A DNA stretch of 64,000 bases. It comes from Chloroflexota bacterium (GTDB lineage Bacteria > Chloroflexota > UBA11872 > VXOZ01). Shown here in pieces: positions 42,091 through 51,665 of the stretch (position 1 is its first letter; the number at the start of each line of letters is the position of its first letter). A program made the translations under genes and the position numbers. The notes under the pieces were generated by a model. The model did no database searches. It was not told where the DNA came from and saw only the letters and a program-made list of their open reading frames with translations. The stretch is from assembly GCA_964291655.2 (NCBI GenBank), contig OZ219802.1:2579964-2643963 (forward strand), written 5' to 3'.

Positions 42091-43230
42091 TCACACGTGA
42101 TGCAGCAGCGTGTTCGTCACGCGTTTGAAGACGTGAATTGCCCGTTGCGCGCCAAGGTGTTTGCCCGCAGTGCCGTTATTGATCTCATAGAATGCATGCG
42201 GTACGCCGAGGCGCTTGGCAAATTGGTAGCAGAGCGTGTTGGGTTGGTGGATACTCGCCCGCTCGTGGGTGGAAGGACCGTCTGTCTCCAGGCGCATGGT
42301 GTCGCAGACCGCGGCATAGAGCCTACGTTGCTCAGGATCGCTAAATAGGGTACGGTCTTCTACCTCATACCAGCCGTCGTAGGGAAATTCGCTATTCAAT
42401 CGCCAACCGGTAAAGCAATGAAAGTTCATCCAGAGCGCGGGCCTTTCCGTGGCTACCCAATTCCAGAGTAGGCGGCTCTCGTGGGCTTCCGGCAGGTCGG
42501 CAGCGGGACTGTCGCCAAATGCCTGGTACATGTCGAAGCCCTCGGCATTGAACGCATTGCGGCCGAGCACGTTGCCGTCCGGGTTTACCGTGGGCACTAT
42601 GAACACATCAAGTTCACGGCGCAGCGCCTCTGCATCCGGCAATGCCGAAGAGATGAAATCGGCAATGCCCAGCACCCCCCAAACACCGGCATGTTCATGC
42701 GGATGCTGTCCGGCCACGCAGAAGAGTTTCGGCTTGCCCGGCGTGCCCGCGCGTAGTCCCAATATCTCTCGGCCTTGCACCGATGTGCCTACGGAGAAGA
42801 GCGCGCAGCGGTCGGCGCGCTCCGCCGCGAACTGGCGCAGGCACACGGCAATTTCGCTGTAGGGAGCCACGTACGTCATTGCCACACGCACGTGCTGGTC
42901 TTGCTCCACGGGCACGGTGAAATCAATGTGACCCTCGATGCTTGCGGGCGGCGTACCCGGCAAGGGCCGATAGCGATGGAATTCCACCGGCTTGAACCAG
43001 ATTGTTGTTGGGAAGAGCGTGCGAAATCCGGTGGGCTTCTCGAACTTTGCATCTTCCCACAGCTCGATAGTTACGTCAGTCGCCGGTCCATCATTGATCA
43101 CATCGAAGCAAAAGTACCCGCAGTAGCCACTCTGCTTGTCGCCATCTACCTGCAGGCGAAAGTGGCCTGGCGCCAGTTGTTCGATTGCTTTCCCATTGCC
43201 ACATTCGAAATCGCTGGTGATCCTGATCAT
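42091..43230 (-). CDS. M14 zinc carboxypeptidase family protein
   Basis: SDFECGN N-terminus, GQHPHE (HxxE), VPTVNPDG and MNFH motifs. Confidence 0.8.
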   Translation of the reverse strand: MIRITSDFECGNGKAIEQLAPGHFRLQVDGDKQSGYCGYFCFDVINDGPATDVTIELWEDAKFEKPTGFRTLFPTTIWFKPVEFHRYRPLPGTPPASIEGHIDFTVPVEQDQHVRVAMTYVAPYSEIAVCLRQFAAERADRCALFSVGTSVQGREILGLRAGTPGKPKLFCVAGQHPHEHAGVWGVLGIADFISSALPDAEALRRELDVFIVPTVNPDGNVLGRNAFNAEGFDMYQAFGDSPAADLPEAHESRLLWNWVATERPALWMNFHCFTGWRLNSEFPYDGWYEVEDRTLFSDPEQRRLYAAVCDTMRLETDGPSTHERASIHQPNTLCYQFAKRLGVPHAFYEINNGTAGKHLGAQRAIHVFKRVTNTLLHHV

Positions 43231-43402
43231 GTAACGCTCCTTTGCTTGGCTTACTCCATTGCGCTTGATTTTGCTGCCTTAGGGAGACCTCCGTATCGAG
43301 TACGGGCAGGCGCGCGCTCTCCAGTCTAAAGCGTACTCTGCCAACAGTTGGCATCGAGTTGGATCAGCGCCGCATTCCCCTCACCCCGGCCCCCTCCCCC
43401 AG

Positions 43403-43636
43403 GAGACCTTTGCGCAACTCAAGCTGTAGCGAAATAGTTCCCTCTCCCTCGACGGGAGAGGGCTAGGGTGAGGGTGGATCTCCTGCAATCTCTCCATTTG
43501 CACACCAAATCTGCCCTGATACGTCTTGACACTTCCCAGCGTAAAGGGCCATCGTAGCAAAAAGACCCCCTCACCCCAACCCTCTCCCCCAGGAGAGGGA
43601 GTGCCCCTGATTGAAAGTGGGGTTATGCAAAGTCTC
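43403..43636. mobile_element. MITE (same family as 24253-24516) inserted in a family-G REP loop, TSD CCCAG
   Basis: CCCAG|GAGACCTTTGCG...TGCAAAGTCTC|CCCAG. Removing it restores a CCCTCACCCC..CCCTCCCCCAGGGAGAGGG hairpin. Confidence 0.75.
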
Positions 43637-44015
43637 CCCAGGGAGAGGGTGCAAAACGCGGCGCCGAGAAGTTGCGGAGCCCTCCGGTTCCCTCTCCTGG
43701 GGGAGAGGGTTAGGGTGAGGGGGCCAGCTCACTTGCTGGCTAGAGTTTTGCAAAAGTCCCTCAATAGCATGAAATCAGTTTACGCCATGCTGCGGTCAGT
43801 CAACCATCTAACTAAAGAGGGAAACCAGCACATGCCAGTGGATACCATGCCATGCTTCCCTGCCGTGAAAGACGCTGCAAGCAGCGGCCATGCTACTATC
43901 AAGGCGGTGACGCTGCGGCTGCAAGGTAGCAAACGTCCCCATGGGAAGAGCGGTCGCGAACATGCCGCGCATGCGTGTGTAGGGCTGACCGGCAGGGGCA
44001 AGAAGGAGTCTCCTG

Positions 44016-44414
44016 ATGAACACGGGGGCCCCAACGATGGAGATAGAGAACTCGACCTTTAGCGTCGAATATCTCCAGAACCCCAATCGGCTGTGGGCGT
44101 TGCCCATGTTTGGCGGCGCAGCCAAGCTCGTGATTGTGATTCTGGTAAGCCTCCGGCTCACAATCGTCGACTTGGCCGCAATCTGCCTCAGAATCATCAA
44201 TGGGTTTGTCGTGCTCTTCATCGGCCGGTATCCTGAGAGTCGCTTCAGATTCATGGTTTACACGCTGCGCCTCCAGCTTAGGCTGTCAGCCTTTACATTT
44301 GGGCTCTCGGACACCTATCCGCTATTCGACGAAGAAGGTCTTGGCCCGGATGATTGGGGTCCTGGCAGGCACGATAGGGTTTACCGACCACTTGGACCGG
44401 AGACCTTCCGATGA
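44016..44414 (+). CDS. DUF4389-like small membrane protein
   Basis: NRLWALP..FVVLFIGRYP..LR...RLSAFTFGLSDTYPLF pattern. SD AAGGAG. Confidence 0.6.
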   Translation: MNTGAPTMEIENSTFSVEYLQNPNRLWALPMFGGAAKLVIVILVSLRLTIVDLAAICLRIINGFVVLFIGRYPESRFRFMVYTLRLQLRLSAFTFGLSDTYPLFDEEGLGPDDWGPGRHDRVYRPLGPETFR

Positions 44415-44590
44415 CTTGGATTCTTGATAGGTTCTGTAGTTGGCAAGCGGTTTCCCGGTGTTTCTTACTTCATTAGGAGTGCAGGAAAGTAAGCTTGATG
44501 CCGAGAGGACGTGCACTTTGGCTAATCTCCTTGCTATACTTAGAGATATAAGGACATTATTTCTAGAGTAATGTGTAGAGGATATTTGTC

Positions 44591-44824
44591 ATGCTTGAGT
44601 CCGGTGTTACCACGAAAGGGCAGACTACACTGCCTAAAGCCGTGCGGAAAGCACTTGCCTTGGCACCGGGAGATCGAGTGCGGTACATCATCTTGGATGG
44701 AGAAGTGCGAATCTTCAAAGTACGACCTATTGGTCGCTTATTCGGTGCGTTGCCCCATAGGGGCCCAGTGGTCTCCCTGGAAGACATGGAGCGTGCCATT
44801 GCGGACGGAGCATCTGAAGCGTGA
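44591..44824 (+). CDS. AbrB/PrlF-type antitoxin
   Basis: VTTKGQTTLPKAVRKAL.L.PGDRV swapped-hairpin motif; overlaps the toxin gene. Confidence 0.88.
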   Translation: MLESGVTTKGQTTLPKAVRKALALAPGDRVRYIILDGEVRIFKVRPIGRLFGALPHRGPVVSLEDMERAIADGASEA

Positions 44825-45219
44825 TTGCCTTGGACACCAATGTGCTCATTCGCTATTTGGTGCGAGACAACGTACAGCAGGCGGAAGCGGCACAGGCTCT
44901 GTTGCAAGGCTTGACCCAGCAGCGACCGGGGTTCATCTGCCGTGAGGTCATGCTGGAAGTTATATGGGTATTGGAACGCGCCTACGGTTTTGCGCGTGCT
45001 CAGATTGCGGATGTGGTGCTGGAGCTCATTGCTACGGACTGTCTCGTCGTGGAGACTACAGAAGACGTTGCTCGCGCGGCAATTCGTTACGGGCAAGGCG
45101 GTGCTGTTTTCTCTGACCTTATGGTCCTCGCGGCGGCGGAACGTGTAGGGTCCCATCCGCTTTACACCTTTGATCGAAAGCTAGCTCGGTTGGCTGGCGC
45201 TATGTTGGTTGAGGCTTGA
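44821..45219 (+). CDS. vapC: PIN-domain toxin
   Basis: MIALDTNVL, E..WVL, FSD and YTFD motifs. Confidence 0.88.
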   Translation: MIALDTNVLIRYLVRDNVQQAEAAQALLQGLTQQRPGFICREVMLEVIWVLERAYGFARAQIADVVLELIATDCLVVETTEDVARAAIRYGQGGAVFSDLMVLAAAERVGSHPLYTFDRKLARLAGAMLVEA

Positions 45220-45288
45220 ACATTGTAGACCAACAGGCATGCTTTTCTCGTCGTAGTTCTTGAAGCAAGGTTAGAAAAGCTCTATTCC

Positions 45289-46593
45289 ATGCTTGCTCTT
45301 GACAAGATGGACAATGCGGAGATTGGGCGCTATCTCGCTGCGCGGGGCGCGCTGGATTCTGAGGCTGTAGTTAGCGTGAAAGCCTTGGGTGGCGGAGTTT
45401 CGAACATTGTACTCATGGTCACAACTCCCGCACAGTGCATGGTGCTCAAGCAGGCGTTGCCTGAATTGCGGGTGGAGGCCTACTGGCCGTCGCGCATCGA
45501 TCGCGCCTTGCGGGAGGCGGAGGCGCTGCGTGTCGTGGCGGGCTATCTGCCAAGCGGCGCGGTACCGGAGGTGCATTTCATCGACGAAGAGAACTTCATC
45601 TACGGCATGTCCTGCGCGCCGGAGTCGGCAACGCTTTGGAAGGAGGACTTGCTTTCCTGTAAGGTAGACGTGCCGGTGGCGGTGGGGGCAGGCCGCATGC
45701 TCGCTCAAATGCATGCTATCCAGGACCCGGCGGTGAAGCAGCAATTTATCGATGACGAGGTTTTTTGGCAATTGCGGGTGGACCCGTATTACAACTCTAC
45801 GGCGGATAAACATCCGTCCTTGCGGCCGGTGTTCGACCATGCGATTGCGCAGATGAAGGCGCGGAAGCTGGCGCTGGTGCACGGGGACTATAGTCCGAAG
45901 AATATGTTTGTGGTGTCCGGGGAGATGGATTCCCGCTCCGTCTTCTCAACCGTAGCGCGGGGGCTTGTCCCCCGCTCTGGGTTAAGTGTAGGCGGCGCAA
46001 AGAAGATGGATTCCCGCTTGCGCGGGAATGACGGAGAGAGCGGGCCGCCCGACGGGCCTGTGGGCGGGAATGACGGGGGCCACGTCGAGCCACGGACGGG
46101 CGCGCAGGTGCCGGCGGCGAACGCAGGTTGCAAACCTGCGCTACCGGAGGCAATCGAACCTGCGCTACCGGAGGAAGCAGCCTGTGTCCCTCACAAGGAT
46201 GGTGGACGTGACCAGTCCCTGCTTCTGCTCGACTTTGAGGTGGTGCACTGGGGGGATCCGGCGTTCGACTTGGCTTTCTGTATCAACCACCTGCTGATTA
46301 AGTCCATCGTCAACGCCAATGTGCAGAAAGAATTCTTCCATGCGGTTTCTGGACTATTGGCAGGCTATCGTGACGAATTGACGGGTGTTGACTGGACCGA
46401 GATGCAGGCCGAGACGCTGCGACAGCTTGGCTGTCTCATGCTGGCGCGCATCGACGGCAAGTCGCCGGTTGAGTACATTACGGACGAAGCGACCAAGGAG
46501 ATCGTGCGACGCGTGAGCAGGTCTATCTTGCACGAACGGCCCGATGTTGTTGACGACGTGTACACCTGCATTGCCGGGGAGATGGCGAATTGA
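45289..46593 (+). CDS. APH/methylthioribose-kinase-like phosphotransferase with a ~95-aa repeat-derived insertion
   Basis: [20 protein letters not shown] and [11 protein letters not shown] motifs. Confidence 0.8.
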   Translation: MLALDKMDNAEIGRYLAARGALDSEAVVSVKALGGGVSNIVLMVTTPAQCMVLKQALPELRVEAYWPSRIDRALREAEALRVVAGYLPSGAVPEVHFIDEENFIYGMSCAPESATLWKEDLLSCKVDVPVAVGAGRMLAQMHAIQDPAVKQQFIDDEVFWQLRVDPYYNSTADKHPSLRPVFDHAIAQMKARKLALVHGDYSPKNMFVVSGEMDSRSVFSTVARGLVPRSGLSVGGAKKMDSRLRGNDGESGPPDGPVGGNDGGHVEPRTGAQVPAANAGCKPALPEAIEPALPEEAACVPHKDGGRDQSLLLLDFEVVHWGDPAFDLAFCINHLLIKSIVNANVQKEFFHAVSGLLAGYRDELTGVDWTEMQAETLRQLGCLMLARIDGKSPVEYITDEATKEIVRRVSRSILHERPDVVDDVYTCIAGEMAN

Positions 46594-48065
46594 TGCAAGA
46601 AGAGCAGATGGATTCCCGCTTTCGCGGGAATGACGGAACCGGGCGCGGCAGCGACGGAGCCGAACACGGAAGTGACGGAACCGGGCGCGGGAATGACGGA
46701 ATCGAACGCGGGATGGGCAAAGCTAGCCCCGCGACGACGATAGCGCGTGTACATGCGAGGGAAGTGCTTGACTCGCGGGGTGTGCCCACTGTCGAAGTGG
46801 ACGTAACCCTTGCGGGCGGCGCACGCGGTCGCGCCATTGTGCCCTCGGGCGCGTCGACGGGACGGCATGAGGCTCTGGAATTTCGTGACGGCAATCCGGC
46901 ACGCTATCAGGGCAAAGGCGTGCGCCATGCCGTGCGTCACGTAAACGAGGTGCTCGGTCCCGCCGTGGTCGGCATTGAGGCTACACGGCAGCACGAGGTT
47001 GACGCGGTACTGGTGGCTTCCGACGGTACGCCGAACCTGCGCCGCTTGGGCGGCAACGCGGTGCTAGGCGTCTCATTGGCGACAGCACACGCGGCGGCGG
47101 CGGGCATCGGCCTGCCGCTCTACCGCTATCTGGGAGGCAGCCTAGCCCGAGAGATGCCGGTGCCGATGGTAAATGTCCTCAGCGGCGGACTGCACGCGCG
47201 CGGCATCGTTGACTTTCAGGATTTTCTCCTTATTCCCATTGGCGCCCATAGCTTCAGCGACGCGCTGGCGATGGTGCGAAATGTCTACCACGCCATGGGT
47301 GAGATACTGTCGGCGCGCGGGGCGAGCACGCTGGTGGCGGATGAGGGCGGCTTGACGCCGCCGGCAGGCGCGGGTGAGTCTATTAGTAACGCCTCCGGCG
47401 GCGGGCTGCCGGCGAATGAAGCCGCCGTGCAGCTACTCGTGCAGGCGATCGAGAAGGCCGGCTACCGTCCATGGGAAGACGCGGCGATCGGCTTGGACGT
47501 GGCGGCGACCCACTTCTTCCACGACGGCAAGTATCGCCTGAGCGCGGAGAACCGCACACTCTCCAGCGCGGAGATGGTGGACCTGCTCGCGCGCTGGGTT
47601 GATGATTATCCCATTATTTCGATTGAAGACGGGCTGGCAGAAGACGACTGGGCCGGCTGGCAGGCACTCACAACTCGCGTGGGCGGGCGAGCGCAACTCA
47701 TCGGCGACGATCTCTTTGTAACCAACGTGCAGCGCCTGCAGCAGGGCATTGAGACCAACGCGGCGAATGCAGTGCTAATCAAGGTAAACCAAGTCGGCAC
47801 GCTGACCGCGGCCATGGCTACACTGAGGCTGGCGCGAACTCACGGATACTTGCCGGTGGTCTCTGCGCGCTCTGGAGAGACAGAAGATGCGACCATTGCC
47901 GATCTGGCGGTGGGCGCCAACGCAGGCCAGATCAAGATTGGCTCTATTACGCGCTCGGAACGGCTGGCCAAGTACAACCAACTGCTGCGGATCGAGGAAG
48001 AACTGGGGCCGCACGGCGTCTACCGCGGACGCGAGGTTTTTCGGCGGTTTCTCGGCGCACTTTGA
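46593..48065 (+). CDS. eno: Enolase (atypical active-site motifs; alternative start 46713)
   Basis: [41 protein letters not shown] and [16 protein letters not shown] motifs. Confidence 0.85.
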   Translation: MQEEQMDSRFRGNDGTGRGSDGAEHGSDGTGRGNDGIERGMGKASPATTIARVHAREVLDSRGVPTVEVDVTLAGGARGRAIVPSGASTGRHEALEFRDGNPARYQGKGVRHAVRHVNEVLGPAVVGIEATRQHEVDAVLVASDGTPNLRRLGGNAVLGVSLATAHAAAAGIGLPLYRYLGGSLAREMPVPMVNVLSGGLHARGIVDFQDFLLIPIGAHSFSDALAMVRNVYHAMGEILSARGASTLVADEGGLTPPAGAGESISNASGGGLPANEAAVQLLVQAIEKAGYRPWEDAAIGLDVAATHFFHDGKYRLSAENRTLSSAEMVDLLARWVDDYPIISIEDGLAEDDWAGWQALTTRVGGRAQLIGDDLFVTNVQRLQQGIETNAANAVLIKVNQVGTLTAAMATLRLARTHGYLPVVSARSGETEDATIADLAVGANAGQIKIGSITRSERLAKYNQLLRIEEELGPHGVYRGREVFRRFLGAL

Positions 48066-48140
48066 TCTTCGCCTTCGTGAGTCTGGGTACGTGCGCTCCA
48101 CTTCGGCAAGAGTTCGAGTGGGTGAGCATAGCGTGACGGC

Positions 48141-48300
48141 AGTACGGTACGTGCGCAGAACAGTGCACGTTTAGTACAGTGCGGTTGCAGATCAGTGCAC
48201 GAATTGTACGGTGCGTGTTCAATACGCTGCGTGTTCAAATCGGTGCGTAATTAATTCGGTGCGTAATTAGTACGGTGCGAACTTAGTACGTTGCGAATGC
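48141..48300. repeat. Degenerate tandem array, 10 x 16 bp, consensus about AGTACGGTGCGTNNTY
   Basis: Exact 16-bp phasing without indels across ten units. Confidence 0.8.
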
Positions 48301-48365
48301 AGGGCAGCAGGTTTTCCGTTCGCCTTGAGCCTGTCGAAAGGTGAGCGGAAAAACGTGATGGCATC

Positions 48366-50381
48366 CTACGTCTCATCTTCCTTGTTCTCCACAACCCATA
48401 CCGGGCTTGACCACGCTTGCACCACGCGCCCGGCCACAGGCTCCTTCTGCCGCAGCCGCACATAATAGAGCGCGTTCGCCACCGGCTGGGGATCATCCCA
48501 AGTAAAGGCAGCTTCCGCAGTTTCCGGCTCCCAACGGTAAACCACGTCGAAGCACTGCGCGTCCAGGTCGCCGCGCAGGACTTCGATCCAGGCAATTTCA
48601 TCTGTGCCCACGGTCCAGACGCGCACGCTCACGCCGTTGCCGCTCGCGGTCTCCTGCCCCATAGACGTGTCGTTTACCCACACTTTGAGCAGAATGCGCG
48701 CGCCGGTGGTGCCGTAGGTCTGGCGGTTGTGGATGCTATCGAAGATGCTGCTGCGCGTGAGCGCGGGTGCCCACACCGCCGCGAGGCCGGTTTGGCGTCT
48801 GCCCGGCTGCGCTTGATGGTTGTCCGACGAGCAAATCGTGCCCATGCGCTGTCCCGTGAGCCAGCCCTCCTGCACGTAGTGGGGGCCAACCGCCGAGTCG
48901 TTCAATGAGAAGTCGCAGTGCTGGTATGCCAACGGGTGGTCCGGATCGTAGTACTCGCAGAGACCGTGGCCGGAATAGACCTCGACGACGCGGCGGAAGG
49001 TATCATTGGCATATTGCCAATCTATGTTCGGGCCGGTGCCGCCGGGCAGGTTGCTGGCTTTCGGCGAGAAGCGCACGCCCGTGTGGTGGGGGATAGTCAT
49101 CGCCTCGCCGGTAACGAGCTGCTGCCAGAGGTCTTGCACGGTGCCGTTGTGGCGGCCGACACGCACGTCGCCGTCGTCGCGAAAGTAGACGTTGTGGTGC
49201 GCCCACGGTGCGGGAAACGTGGCCTCGTAGCCGAGAATCGTTGCAAACCGGCCGGGATCGTACCAGTCTTGCGTCGCGAGCCGGATTTCTTGCCACATCT
49301 CGTCCGATAGGCCTTCAACGTGGTCGGTGAGGGCGTAGAAGTCGAGGCGCGCCACGTCGCGTGCGTAATGAAACGGCAGGTCGCCGGTGGCGTCAAAGCT
49401 GCGCCGGGCGTGGGAATGCAGATCACCCCAGAATACCTGTTCGTCCGGTAGTTCACTGGCACAAAGAATGGGATTAGATGTCGCCGCCAGAGTCCCGCCG
49501 CCGTTCGCTCTGGGCCTGCTCTTCTCCTCTTGTTCAGGCATTTCCCTTCCGTTCGCCCTGAGTTTGTCGAAGGGCAGGCCCTGACCGGTAAGCGCTGTCA
49601 CTGTCAGCCGCAACACACCCGGCGCACTTGGCGTAAACGGCACGACGCACGTACCAGTCTCCGGATTGAGCGTAACGGTATCAGGGTGCTCCGCGTGGCC
49701 TTCCGCGACCGATACTGCAAATGTGAGGCGCGCGGAGGCGGCGGCATTTTGCCAGGAATCCAACGCTATGACGTGGCATGCTGCTTCTTGGCCTACCTGT
49801 GCGTGGGAAGACGCATATACGGCCACTTCTACCGGTTCCGCCGACTTGGTTACGATCAGTGGACTCTCTGCCACGGGGAGCAGGTTTTTGCTGCCCTCGC
49901 TGCCAGCAGGAATCACGGCAATGCGCACGGGCTCTGCACCATTGGGATGGAGCGCGGCGGTGAAGCCGGGACTGCCGCCGCTCGTGTCACCGTAAGTGAT
50001 GTCTATCCAATCGCCGACCCGCAGCGCGCCTTTAGTCACCGTCACCTCAGTGTGGTAGGCGCAGCGGTTGGGCGGACCCACAAGAGCGTCGCGGGTACGC
50101 TTCTCGTACTCGTCGGTGGAGCCATCGGGCACTGTGCAGCGAATCTTTACGTCGTTGCGGGAGGATCGGGCAGAGACGTAGTTGGGTTGCGTGGGATCGA
50201 GGCCGTGCACGCCTTTGGCGGAGTTGCGTTGCCAGGCGTGCCAGGTGTTGGGCAGCGCTATGGCAATAGTGTCGCCGGTGGCGAGCTCACCTTCTTCAAC
50301 CATGCAGCGTGCGACCCACGTGCCGTACTCGCCGGCCGTGCCAATTGATGGTGAAACAGAAGCGCGTATGCGAGGAGTCAT
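48366..50381 (-). CDS. DUF3604 / PHP-like metallohydrolase
   Basis: WGDLHSH, DFYALTDH, IPHH, EVYSGHG, SSDNH, YGTTGARI and AWSSPVWV motifs. Confidence 0.8.
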   Translation of the reverse strand: MTPRIRASVSPSIGTAGEYGTWVARCMVEEGELATGDTIAIALPNTWHAWQRNSAKGVHGLDPTQPNYVSARSSRNDVKIRCTVPDGSTDEYEKRTRDALVGPPNRCAYHTEVTVTKGALRVGDWIDITYGDTSGGSPGFTAALHPNGAEPVRIAVIPAGSEGSKNLLPVAESPLIVTKSAEPVEVAVYASSHAQVGQEAACHVIALDSWQNAAASARLTFAVSVAEGHAEHPDTVTLNPETGTCVVPFTPSAPGVLRLTVTALTGQGLPFDKLRANGREMPEQEEKSRPRANGGGTLAATSNPILCASELPDEQVFWGDLHSHARRSFDATGDLPFHYARDVARLDFYALTDHVEGLSDEMWQEIRLATQDWYDPGRFATILGYEATFPAPWAHHNVYFRDDGDVRVGRHNGTVQDLWQQLVTGEAMTIPHHTGVRFSPKASNLPGGTGPNIDWQYANDTFRRVVEVYSGHGLCEYYDPDHPLAYQHCDFSLNDSAVGPHYVQEGWLTGQRMGTICSSDNHQAQPGRRQTGLAAVWAPALTRSSIFDSIHNRQTYGTTGARILLKVWVNDTSMGQETASGNGVSVRVWTVGTDEIAWIEVLRGDLDAQCFDVVYRWEPETAEAAFTWDDPQPVANALYYVRLRQKEPVAGRVVQAWSSPVWVVENKEDET

Positions 50382-50455
50382 TGTAGTGACCTTACTTCAG
50401 AATTGAACACTGTGATTATAACGGCTCGTGTGAGTGCGGGGCGAAGGTAGCTATT

Positions 50456-50504
50456 CCGGTAGCGCAGGCCCTTCGACAGGCTCAGGACAGGTTTGTAACC
50501 TGCG
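50456..50504. repeat. Family-C REP carrying a 23-bp family-D insertion
   Basis: CCGGTAGCGCAGG[CCCTTCGACAGGCTCAGGACAGG]TTTGTAACCTGCG versus the empty copy at 26593-26618. Confidence 0.8.
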
Positions 50505-50665
50505 GTCGATGGTGGGCGTCGCTTGGCGTAGCGGCAAGCGGCGAAGAGGCGGCGTTGACAGTGTCTTGCGGATTCCGAATACTTGCGACAGCAAGCCCAC
50601 GTGTGCACGTCTCGCTCCGACAGGCGAGTCCAATAGAATCACGAGAAAGCAAAGGGGACAGCTCT

Positions 50666-50968
50666 ATGAATACATACGTTGTACTCCTCACGATGACCAG
50701 TGCGGAAGTTGACGATCTCGACACGCCGCTGGAGGAGGCCTTTGCCGACGGCGCGCCCGCAACCCGCAGCACCATCGAGCGCCACGGCGGCACACTGAAA
50801 GAGGTGTACCTGACTATGGGGCAATACGATGGCGTGCTGATTGTTGAATTTCCCGATGACGTCTCCTGCGCGCGGGCCATGCTCGCGCTGCGCAACTCCG
50901 GCGGCGCAACCGAGACCATGCGCGCCTTTCCGGAAAGCCAATGGCCGGCGATCGCCGGAGGCATGTAG
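50666..50968 (+). CDS. GYD-domain protein
   Basis: IERHGG.LKEVYLTMGQYD.VLIVEFPD..TETMRAF pattern. Confidence 0.8.
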   Translation: MNTYVVLLTMTSAEVDDLDTPLEEAFADGAPATRSTIERHGGTLKEVYLTMGQYDGVLIVEFPDDVSCARAMLALRNSGGATETMRAFPESQWPAIAGGM

Positions 50969-51143
50969 GTCCATCGTGGATGGTAGAGAACACCGGTAAC
51001 TTGCCCAGCTATCTTTTCTGGCATAAGACGCAGGTGCGGCCTTGCGCGAAGAGTCCTTTTCTTGCTTTCACGTACAGGGTGGATACGCAGACCAATGTTG
51101 TCGCATAGGACATAATGGCACAGAGCACCGCGCCTCATATCCT

Positions 51144-51262
51144 CGGTAGCGCAGGCACTTCGACAGGCTCAGGACGGGCCCTTCGTCAGAGCCTGTGCTG
51201 AGCCTGTCGAAGTGCTCAGGACAGGTTTGTAACCCCGTATCGAATACGGGGCAGGCTCTGCG
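51144..51262. repeat. Family-C REP with multiply nested family-D and family-E insertions
   Basis: Three D units (one inverted inside another) plus a CCGTATCGAATACGGGGCAGGCTC unit. Confidence 0.75.
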
Positions 51263-51665
51263 CTGCTGTAGGGTCAATCTATCTGCAGTGGCTCCCACAT
51301 GAGAGATTGCTGCCGGAGAGTGCGCTCTGAGCTCCCACTCAGGCGGGCGACAAGCCCCCGCGCTACTTTATTGCGATACGATTGGTCCGCGGACATACCT
51401 TCTTTGCTTTGATCTGTGCTCTATTCGGCATGTGCCGTGGTGGAGTGGTATTCTTCTACTTACAGTCGGAATAAACTGAGCGCCATTCGTCGCAATCAGG
51501 GCTGAATTGGCCGGGCGATTGGCGGCGCGCGGAGAGACCGCCTGATGGTGCTCTCGGCAGAGATGGCAGAGGCCGAGCGGCGCAACAGTTTCGTACGCGC
51601 AATGTGGGCCGCAAGTGAGGCATGCACCGCGCTTCGTGTAGTTTCAAACGAGGAGAGTAGACCGT

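Noticed and set aside
43526-44062. 178-aa ORF
   Set aside because: It is mostly translated MITE and REP sequence with no domain-like content.
48141-48300. 16-bp array as CRISPR or coding repeat
   Set aside because: There is no repeat-spacer alternation, the period is not divisible by 3, and the overlapping short ORFs have no coding signal.
51430-51665. T-box or other riboswitch upstream of ilvD
   Set aside because: Only a partial GCACCGCG match; no convincing T-box consensus, specifier stem or terminator.
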